Positions 57,257-64,000 of a stretch of 64,000 nt of DNA are shown piece by piece; the stretch's first letter is position 1, and each line of letters opens with the position of its first letter. This DNA is from an uncultured Gemmatimonadaceae bacterium. GTDB lineage: Bacteria; Gemmatimonadota; Gemmatimonadetes; Gemmatimonadales; GWC2-71-9. Position numbers and translations under genes: made by a program. The notes below the pieces were generated by a model. The model saw nothing but the letters and a program-made list of their open reading frames with translations. It was not told the origin of the DNA and did not search any database. The stretch is taken from positions 8,938 to 72,937 of the forward strand of contig CAYUYF010000009.1 of the NCBI GenBank assembly GCA_964449145.1. The letters are read 5' to 3'.

Positions 57257-57723
57257 CCCTGAGCCACGTGGACGAGGGCGGCCGGGCCCGAATGGTGGAC
57301 GTGGGAGACAAGCCGGTCTCCAGGCGCACCGCCCTCGCCGAGGGCGCGGTGCGGATGAGCGAGGAGGCCTTCGCGCTGGTGCGGGAGAACGCGATTGCCA
57401 AGGGCGATGTGCTGCGGATCGCGGAGGTGGCGGGCACGATGGGCGGCAAGCAGACCAGTGGCCTGATCCCGCTCTGCCACCCCCTGCCGCTGGACGCGCT
57501 CTTGGTGGAGTGCCGAGCCGACCCCGGGTTGCCGGGGGTGCGGGTAGAGGCCCGGGCTGTCGCGACGGGCCGCACGGGAGTGGAGATGGAGGCGCTGACC
57601 GCCGTCTCGGTGGCATGCCTGACCGTGTATGACATGGTCAAGGCGGTGGATAGAGGGATGAACATCGAAAGCATCCGCCTGGTCGAGAAGACGGGCGGTA
57701 CTCGTGGCGACTGGCATCGGTAG
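57253..57723 (+). CDS. moaC: Cyclic pyranopterin monophosphate synthase
   Basis: The GTG start overlaps the holB stop (GTGA). Motifs: MVDVGDK, KGDVL..A..AG...[31 protein letters not shown]. Confidence 0.92.
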   Translation: MTLSHVDEGGRARMVDVGDKPVSRRTALAEGAVRMSEEAFALVRENAIAKGDVLRIAEVAGTMGGKQTSGLIPLCHPLPLDALLVECRADPGLPGVRVEARAVATGRTGVEMEALTAVSVACLTVYDMVKAVDRGMNIESIRLVEKTGGTRGDWHR

Positions 57724-57761
57724 CGGGAACCCGACGCCCTTCGCCCTCATTGAGGAGGCGT

Positions 57762-58451
57762 ATGAGTATCGAAGAACCTGATCCGTACGGACGCAACCGC
57801 TGGACTCGCCGACTGCTGGCGCGTGGCGCCGCCCTGCTGGGCGCGACACTGCTGGTCAGCGCGCTGGCCGGCTCGAGCGCGCGGGTGCGCGCCGCGGACG
57901 AGGCCCTGCCGCCCACTCTGGGCATGGTCGCGGATGAAGTACGGGCAGTCGCCCGCCGGCTCGAGTCCACCAAGGGCGAGCTCGCGATATCCCGGGTCCA
58001 GGTGGAACGGGCGAACGCGGTCATCCGCTACTCGGGGCAGTACCAGATCCCGGCGGACCTGGCGGCGGACATCTATGACATCGCCCTGAGCGAGGGGATT
58101 GATCCCGAAGTGGCGTTCCGGCTGGTCAAGGTGGAGAGCAACTTCAAGCCAAAGGCGCTCTCGCCCAAGGCCGCCATCGGGTTCGCCCAGGTGCAGATCG
58201 CGACCGCACGGTTCTACGAGCCGGGCCTGTCGGAAGAGCAGCTGTACCAGCGCGACGTGAACCTGCGGATCGGGTTCCGGTTCCTCAAGGACCTGCTGCG
58301 GCGCTACGGCGGGGACATGGAACTCGCGCTGCTGGCCTATAACCGCGGGCCAGGGCGGGTGGAGGAGATCCTGCTCCAGGGCGGCGATCCCGCCAATGGC
58401 TACGCCGAGGCGGTGCTCCGGGGCACCAAGCACCGGCCCCAGGAGAACTAG
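57762..58451 (+). CDS. Soluble lytic transglycosylase (SLT domain) protein
   Basis: ATG is preceded by GAGGAGG. It has a signal/TM segment and the SLT core VESNF.P.A.S..AIGFAQV......LALLAYN.GPG. Confidence 0.8.
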   Translation: MSIEEPDPYGRNRWTRRLLARGAALLGATLLVSALAGSSARVRAADEALPPTLGMVADEVRAVARRLESTKGELAISRVQVERANAVIRYSGQYQIPADLAADIYDIALSEGIDPEVAFRLVKVESNFKPKALSPKAAIGFAQVQIATARFYEPGLSEEQLYQRDVNLRIGFRFLKDLLRRYGGDMELALLAYNRGPGRVEEILLQGGDPANGYAEAVLRGTKHRPQEN

Positions 58452-58534
58452 GCCGCCGCGACCGGTGGCAAGCAGAGAGGGTGGGCTCCCCCGGGAGCCC
58501 ACCCTCTCTGTCATTTCGGGACTCGCCGCGTCGG

Positions 58535-60247
58535 CTATTGCGGGATTTCGATCCGTGCGCCCGCCCGAAGGACCGACCGGGGCGTCATGCCGTTGGCTTC
58601 CCGTAGCGCCGCCAGGCTCACGCCGTACTTCTGGGCAATCCCCGACAGCGTCTCCCCGCGGCGGACCAGGTGGCTGGAGGGGCGCGCGCCTGGCTGGCCG
58701 GCATCCGCGACGCTGGTGCTGGGCGCAGGAGAGACGGTCGCCGCCGGAGCCGGTACCCGGATCACCTGCCCGGCGCGCAAGACGTCACTGCGACCCATGG
58801 CGTTCAGGCTCCGCAGGCGGGTGACGGTCGTGGCGTACGCCTGGGCGATGCCGGAAAGGGTCTCCCCACTGCGGACCTTATAGCGGATGGTCGTCGAGGT
58901 GCCCGAGGTTGCGCGGACCGCCGGTGCGGTGGACTCAGCCGCCGCGGGCACGTAGCTGGTGGGGATCACCAGGCGGGTGCCGATGGAGAGCCGGCTCAGG
59001 CGAACCCCGGGGTTGGCCTGACCCAGCAGCGTGGTGGACACTCGGTACATCCGGGCGATGCCACCGGCGGTCTGCCCGCGAGTCACCACGTGCTCCACGA
59101 AGTGCACCCGGTCCTTCTCCGGCAGCTCGCCGAAGCGCGCCACGGCGAGATCGCCCGTGCCGACCGGGAGCCGGACCACCGTGACCTGCTTCGGCGGCGT
59201 CACCAGCCGGAGGAACTGCGGGTTGAGGTCGCGGAGCGCGGTCACCGAGGTATCGGCCAGGCGGGCCAGGACGTCCAGGCCGGTGGCACCGGGCACGATG
59301 ATCGAGTCGTAGGCCATCGCGTCAATGCCCACGGCGCGCTCGAAACCATACTTCTCGGGCTGCTTTGCAATGAGCGCCGCGGCGATCAGCTTGGGGACGT
59401 AATCCTTGGTCTCGCGGCGCAGGTACCGGGTGTCGTAGAGCCGGAAGAACGTGGCGTCGGCGTTATCGTCTTCGTCCTCGTCCCCGGGCAGCCGCCGCAG
59501 GCCACGGCCCACCTTGCCCGCGCCGGCGTTGTAGGCCGCGGCGGCGAGGTACATCGAGCCGAACCGGTCGCGCAGGTCGGCAAGGTGCCGGGCGGCGGCG
59601 TCGGTCGCCCGCACGGGGTCGCGCCGCTCATCCAGCCAGGTGTCGATCTTCAGTCCGTACAGCTTGGCGGTCCCCCGCATGAATTGCCACATGCCGGTGG
59701 CACGGGCGCGGCTCACCGCGGTGTTGGAGTACCCGCTCTCGATCAGAGCCAGGTAGACCATGTCTTCCGGCACGTTGTACTCGCGGAGCTTGGCCCTGAT
59801 CATCGGCTCATACCGGGGCAGCCGCTGCAGCCAGATACTGAAGCGTTCCCGCGCCGGACCCTGGAAGAAATCCAGATAGTACTGCACCCGCGCATGGGAA
59901 CCGTAAGTCGAGACGTCGATGTCGTAGGTGACCTCGGTCGGCACCGCATTGGTCCCGCCGGGCATCGACTCGGCGTCGCTTTCATCGGGGCCGGAGTCCT
60001 GCGCCGCCGGATGGGCATCCGCCAGCTGTTCCAGGATCCGGGCGTCGGCCGCCGAGTCGGCCACTTCGGACACCGACGGGCTCTCCGGGAGCCCCGGGAG
60101 CGCACCGCTGTCGGCCGCCTGGGGTTCGGCGGCCAAATCGGCCGGAGCGGGTGGACCCGCGGTGGTCTTGGGGGCCGGGTTTGCGGGCGGCGCACTGCCG
60201 GCACAGGCGGCCAGCAGGAGCAGGGTGGCCAGGCCAGGAAGCTTCAT
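58535..60247 (-). CDS. MltD-like lipoprotein: SLT lytic transglycosylase domain + three C-terminal LysM repeats
   Basis: I start at MKLPGLATLLLLAACAGS (lipobox). SLT core IESGYSN.AVS.A.A.GMWQFM..TA. Three LysM units of the form (Y/H).V..GETLSGIAQ.Y........N. Confidence 0.85.
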   Translation of the reverse strand: MKLPGLATLLLLAACAGSAPPANPAPKTTAGPPAPADLAAEPQAADSGALPGLPESPSVSEVADSAADARILEQLADAHPAAQDSGPDESDAESMPGGTNAVPTEVTYDIDVSTYGSHARVQYYLDFFQGPARERFSIWLQRLPRYEPMIRAKLREYNVPEDMVYLALIESGYSNTAVSRARATGMWQFMRGTAKLYGLKIDTWLDERRDPVRATDAAARHLADLRDRFGSMYLAAAAYNAGAGKVGRGLRRLPGDEDEDDNADATFFRLYDTRYLRRETKDYVPKLIAAALIAKQPEKYGFERAVGIDAMAYDSIIVPGATGLDVLARLADTSVTALRDLNPQFLRLVTPPKQVTVVRLPVGTGDLAVARFGELPEKDRVHFVEHVVTRGQTAGGIARMYRVSTTLLGQANPGVRLSRLSIGTRLVIPTSYVPAAAESTAPAVRATSGTSTTIRYKVRSGETLSGIAQAYATTVTRLRSLNAMGRSDVLRAGQVIRVPAPAATVSPAPSTSVADAGQPGARPSSHLVRRGETLSGIAQKYGVSLAALREANGMTPRSVLRAGARIEIPQ

Positions 60248-60505
60248 GGTCCGGTCTGCCTTTCGAGCGGGAGACGGCGGGGAACAGGCAACCGCCGTCG
60301 CGGTGTTCAGGATCGAGACGAGGGCGGACAATTCCGCCATCCTGAGGCTGCACCCGGGATAGCGTGCAAGAAACCTGCGAGCGGCGGAAAAGGGAACCCC
60401 GGTTCGGCCCTCGTTCGGGGGTGGGTGCGGGTCATGCATCACCCTCGGGCGAATTGAGACGAACCGGGACTTTCTCCAGATGCTCTCTGGAGGGGCACCG
60501 ACGCA

Positions 60506-60928
60506 TCAGCGCATGAAGAAACGGTTACCGAGGATACGATTGGTCGCGTTGAGGACGGCGAGGGCCGCCCCCTTGGAGGGATCGGCGTCCGGGGTGAGGT
60601 AGCAGCCGACCAGGCGCTGCCCAGCGGCTTCCTGCGGGATGGCCAGCGAGACGATCACCACGTTCGAGTCGAAGGCACGCACGGCCTTCACGCCCAGCAG
60701 TTCGAACTTCAGCTCTCCCTTGACCGCCTTGTCGAGGGCCGCGACGCAGGCCTCCGCCGCACAGCGCAGCTCCCCCGCCTGCGACCCGAGACCTTCGGAC
60801 TCTCCCTGGTACTCCTCGGCGTCCAGCCAGCCCAGGACCACCTTGGCCCGGCACCGGCCGTTGGGCAGCCGGACCAGGACAAAGTCGTTGAACTTGACGC
60901 GATCCGGGAGTCGGGAAGCAGCGGTCAT
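60506..60928 (-). CDS. Hypothetical 140-aa protein, apparently two tandem ~65-aa modules
   Basis: The ORF has high third-position GC. The two halves share the pattern (V/L)KF...beta-like hydrophobic run...G-rich loop...helix AA.A...AL..A. The family is not recognised with confidence. Confidence 0.5.
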   Translation of the reverse strand: MTAASRLPDRVKFNDFVLVRLPNGRCRAKVVLGWLDAEEYQGESEGLGSQAGELRCAAEACVAALDKAVKGELKFELLGVKAVRAFDSNVVIVSLAIPQEAAGQRLVGCYLTPDADPSKGAALAVLNATNRILGNRFFMR

Positions 60929-61117
60929 GGTTCAGCGTGAGCAGGGACGGAGGCAGTTCTGCCTATCTATAAGTAGCCCATGGAAATGCGAATCTCGTGC
61001 CTTGGGCGCTACCGCCGGGACTGACCGTTCCTGATGTGATGGGTGGCCAGAATGGGGCAGACGCGGGCGCCGGTGCCGGTGAACCCGCCGGGACGGTTCT
61101 ACGACAGCTGCGCAGCG

Positions 61118-61375
61118 CTACCGGTCGGAAGCGGAAGGATCGAGGTGGCTGGCGAGAACGGCGGCCACCCGGGCATCACTGAGGCGATCGGCCTGCGCGT
61201 ACAGATCGGAGCGCGAACTGGAATGCAGCCCCGTCGAGGCATAGACGGCCCGCCGGGTGGTCCCCGCGCAGCGGCAGCTCAACACCAGCCGCCAGGCATG
61301 CGTGTCTGGTACTTTTTCGGCGACGGGCGCCACCATCCAGGTGGTGTCGCCCACGGTGACTTCTTTCCACGACAT
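61118..61375 (-). CDS. Hypothetical 85-aa protein (weak call)
   Basis: ATG-started ORF in the gap between ilvE and the 140-aa gene, on the same strand as both. Codon usage is moderately GC3-rich. It has no recognisable motif. Confidence 0.3.
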   Translation of the reverse strand: MSWKEVTVGDTTWMVAPVAEKVPDTHAWRLVLSCRCAGTTRRAVYASTGLHSSSRSDLYAQADRLSDARVAAVLASHLDPSASDR

Positions 61376-61477
61376 TCAATCACTCGACAGATGGCAAGGG
61401 TCGCGAATGTGCCCCGCGATCCCGGTGGTGTCAAGCCGGATGGTCCATCCGGCCCGGGGCCCGGCGGGCGCTCCCGC

Positions 61478-62335
61478 CTACGCCCCCCGCACCATCTTCA
61501 AGAACCGGGCCCGGAGGTCGCGGGTGACCGGACCGGCCTTGCCGGCACCGATGACCCGCCCGTCGACCATGCGGATGGGCGCCACCTCCGCCGCCGTGCC
61601 GGTCAGAAACGCCTCCTCGGCGGTGTAGAGGTCGTAGCGGTTGAGCAGGGTCTCCACCACCCGGTACCCGGCCTCCAGGGCGATCTCGATGATGACATCC
61701 CGGGTCACCCCCTTGAGCAGTCCGGCGTAGACCGCCGGTGTGTAGAGGACGTCGTGCTTCCACACGAACAGATTCATGCCGGTGGCCTCGGCGATATGGC
61801 CGGCGGCGTCCAGCATGATGGCATCGTCCGCCCCCGCGTTGGTGGCCTCCACCTTGGCGAGGATGTGGTTCAGGTAGTTGAGCGACTTGACCCGCGGTGA
61901 CAGCGCCTCCCGCTGGTTGATCGGCGTGCCGGCGGTGATGAGGGTGAGGCCCTGCTCGTAGCGCTCGGGCGGCCAGATGGCGATGACGTCGAAGATGATG
62001 ATGACGGTCGGCTTGGGGCATTTCCTCGGATCGAGGCCGAGGTCGCCCACGCCGCGGGTGATCACATGGCGCAGGTACCCATCCTGGAGTCCCGCGCGCC
62101 GAACCCCCTCCTCGGTGGCCGCGATCATGGCCTCCCGGGTGATGGGCACCTTGAGCATGATCGCCTGGGCCGAGTCGTACAACCGGTCCACGTGTTCCGC
62201 GAGCCGAAACGTGCGGCCGCCGTAGACCCGCATCCCCTCGAAGACGCCGTCGCCGTAGAGCAGGCCGTGGTCGTAGACCGACACCCGGGCGGACTCCTTG
62301 TCGAGCCACTGCCCGTCGAGGTAAATAAGCGTCAC
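61478..62335 (-). CDS. ilvE: Branched-chain amino acid aminotransferase (class IV PLP fold)
   Basis: The GTG start is preceded by AAGGA. Motifs: YDHGLLYGDGVFEG.R.Y, KSLNYLN..LAK.EA, E.TG.N.F, and GVTR followed by a later ...TGTAAEV.P. D-amino-acid aminotransferase is not fully excluded. Confidence 0.85.
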   Translation of the reverse strand: MTLIYLDGQWLDKESARVSVYDHGLLYGDGVFEGMRVYGGRTFRLAEHVDRLYDSAQAIMLKVPITREAMIAATEEGVRRAGLQDGYLRHVITRGVGDLGLDPRKCPKPTVIIIFDVIAIWPPERYEQGLTLITAGTPINQREALSPRVKSLNYLNHILAKVEATNAGADDAIMLDAAGHIAEATGMNLFVWKHDVLYTPAVYAGLLKGVTRDVIIEIALEAGYRVVETLLNRYDLYTAEEAFLTGTAAEVAPIRMVDGRVIGAGKAGPVTRDLRARFLKMVRGA

Positions 62336-62531
62336 GACTGTATCCTTTGTTGATGGTGCAGGCAGCGAAGGCCCGGGCGGTTGGACAAGGGGTGAATGTC
62401 GCGGGGCGGCATGGGGATCGGAAGGGCACACCGGTTCGGGTGCCAACCGGCCCACTTTCGGCAACCGCGGATCGGGTGTAGATAGGGGCACGCGGCGACG
62501 GCGGGCCCCCGGCGCGGACGACACTCTGCAA

Positions 62532-62604
62532 TGAGGGCGGTGGGACTCGAACCCACTACCTAGAGATTAAAAGTCTCTTGCTCTACCAGTTGAGCTACGC
62601 CCCC
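62532..62604 (-). tRNA. tRNA-Lys (anticodon UUU)
   Basis: The reverse complement reads GGGGGCG-TA-GCTCAACTGGTAGAGC-A-AGAGA-CTTTTAA-TCTCT...GTGGG-TTCGAGT-CCCAC-CGCCCTC-A. There is one G-U pair in the acceptor stem. No CCA is encoded. Confidence 0.9.
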
Positions 62605-62667
62605 CGCGGCAGCCAAACGTGGGGGGGCCGGCGGGGAAACTCAAGGCCGGAGGACCCAGGAGGGGTC

Positions 62668-63045
62668 ATGCGCATCACTCGGTTGCTGTTGCTCGGCATG
62701 TGGCTCGCCGGGTCGCCGGTCACGGCCCAGACCACGGACGAGGACCGCTGGCAGATCACCCTGGACAGCGGCGACTACATCTGGGATATCCGGCTGGTCC
62801 GCCTGACGGGAGATTCGCTGGTCTTCCGGCAGCGGGACAGCCTGGGGGCGGTCCGCCTGCACCTGGTGCGCGAACTCCGGCTCATCCGCAAGTCGGTGGT
62901 CCGCATCGGCGATGGGGCCGGCGCGGGGGGCGCCATCAGCGCCCTGACCGGCAGCGATGACGAGGTCTACGAGCTGCAGACCCTGGATTTCGCCGCGCGC
63001 CTCCGCACCATCCAGCAGATCCTGCTGGTGCATCCACCGAAGTAG
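62668..63045 (+). CDS. Hypothetical small secreted protein (125 aa)
   Basis: ATG is preceded by AGGAGGGG. It has a signal peptide (MRITRLLLLGMWLAGSPVTAQT). No recognised domain. Confidence 0.5.
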   Translation: MRITRLLLLGMWLAGSPVTAQTTDEDRWQITLDSGDYIWDIRLVRLTGDSLVFRQRDSLGAVRLHLVRELRLIRKSVVRIGDGAGAGGAISALTGSDDEVYELQTLDFAARLRTIQQILLVHPPK

Positions 63046-63143
63046 CGGGCGAGTCCGCGAGGAGCCGCCGCCGATCGCCTGGTTGCCCACCCGGGCGAAC
63101 AGAGAGGAATAGCGGAGAGCCACTTACCCCCACCCGACTCTAC

Positions 63144-64000
63144 ATGCCTGACTGGAACAACCTCGCCGACCGGGTCCTTGGCGGAGATACCCCCAGCCGC
63201 GAGGAGGCCCTGGCGCTGCTCTCCTCCAGCGATGACGACCTGCTGCTGGTGCTGCATGCCGCCTTCCGGGTGCGCTTCCGCTACCACGGCCGGGACGTGC
63301 GTATCCACGTGCTCCGCAACGCCAAGAGCGGGCTCTGCCCGGAAGACTGCGCCTTCTGCAGCCAGTCGGTCAAGTTCCACGCCGGGGTGGACCGGTATCC
63401 GCTGCAGAGCGTGGCGGAGCTGGTCGCCGGGGCACGGGAGGCCGCGGCGATGGGCGCGGTCAAGTACTGTATGGTGACGAGCACCCGGGGGCCGTCGGAC
63501 CGGGACCTGGACGTCATCTGCGAGGCGGTCCGCCAAATCAAGGCCGGGCTCAACATCAACGTCTGTACCTCCCTGGGCCTGTTGCGGGTGGGCCAGGCGG
63601 AGCGACTCGCCGCGGCGGGCGTCACCCGCTTCAACCACAATCTCGAGAGTTCGCGTGGACACTTCGGGGAGATCTGCCACACCCATAGCTACGACGACCG
63701 CATCCGCACCGTCCGCGCCGCCCGGGCGGCCGGCATGGAGGCGTGCTCCGGCGGCATCATGGGGATGGGAGAGGCCCCGGAGGACCGGGTGGCGCTGGCG
63801 TTCGAGCTGCGCGAACTCGAGGTCGAGTCCATCCCCGTCAACTTCCTCGATCCCCGCCCCGGCACGCCGCTCGGCGACCAGCCACGGCTCTCACCCCAGG
63901 ACTGCCTGCGGGCCCTGGCGATGTTTCGCTTCGTCAATCCCAGCCGGGACATCCGGGTGGCCGGCGGGCGCGAGGTGAACCTCCGCGACCTGCAGCCACT
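63144..64000 (+). CDS. bioB: Biotin synthase (3' end outside window)
   Basis: This frame is open from ATG 63144 to the window end, and is absent from the track because it has no stop. It has the radical-SAM motif CPEDCAFC, plus YCMVTS, FNHNLES and CSGGI.G.GE, which are BioB-like segments. Confidence 0.9.
   Translation, partial: MPDWNNLADRVLGGDTPSREEALALLSSSDDDLLLVLHAAFRVRFRYHGRDVRIHVLRNAKSGLCPEDCAFCSQSVKFHAGVDRYPLQSVAELVAGAREAAAMGAVKYCMVTSTRGPSDRDLDVICEAVRQIKAGLNINVCTSLGLLRVGQAERLAAAGVTRFNHNLESSRGHFGEICHTHSYDDRIRTVRAARAAGMEACSGGIMGMGEAPEDRVALAFELRELEVESIPVNFLDPRPGTPLGDQPRLSPQDCLRALAMFRFVNPSRDIRVAGGREVNLRDLQP

Noticed and set aside
60248-60505. Calling the mltD leader a ydaO/c-di-AMP riboswitch
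   Set aside because: Only a short CCCGCACCC-like block resembles that class. I could not find the ACAGCU or GAAUC-type conserved segments, so it is kept as an unassigned structured leader.

Overview
This is a densely packed, high-GC bacterial chromosomal segment (hand counts of sampled coding lines give about 65-68% G+C). I can support about 56 protein-coding genes and 3 tRNAs (Ile-GAU, Asn-GUU, Lys-UUU; none encodes CCA). I saw no rRNA, CRISPR array, transposase, integrase or prophage genes. The content looks like the core genome of a diderm: surA-pdxA, an LPS heptosyltransferase-like GT9, MltD/SLT transglycosylases, ftsE-ftsX-envC, mfd, uvrA, lepA, typA, hisD, hisZ-hisG, GTP-dependent pckG, nfo, fpg/nei, holB, moaC, ilvE and bioB. 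The taxon cannot be assigned without a database search. Many adjacent genes are joined by 4-nt ATGA/GTGA start-stop overlaps. Many long ORFs in the supplied track are antisense or out-of-frame artefacts of high GC, and several true genes start well inside their track ORF (typA, hisD, mfd, uvrA, pckG and others). The window is mostly ordinary. The stretches worth a second look are: (1) a GHKL (RsbW/SpoIIAB-like) ATPase plus a STAS-like/winged-helix protein, translationally coupled between two sugar kinases and a Cys/Met PLP enzyme (29474-30903), which is my best candidate for an uncharacterised regulatory module; (2) a ~400-bp low-GC gap next to tRNA-Asn, free of track ORFs over its central ~285 nt, with nested inverted repeats and palindromes (55772-56170); (3) a ~258-nt highly structured leader upstream of a LysM/SLT transglycosylase (60248-60505), preceded by an orphan internally duplicated 140-aa protein; (4) a hyper-acidic small ORF downstream of typA; (5) a sigma-54-type -24/-12 motif in front of a DUF4384-like protein whose gene carries a 9 x 15-bp in-frame repeat; (6) a triple-FHA membrane protein with a PP2C phosphatase but no kinase. 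All family assignments come from reading motifs by eye. No searches were run.
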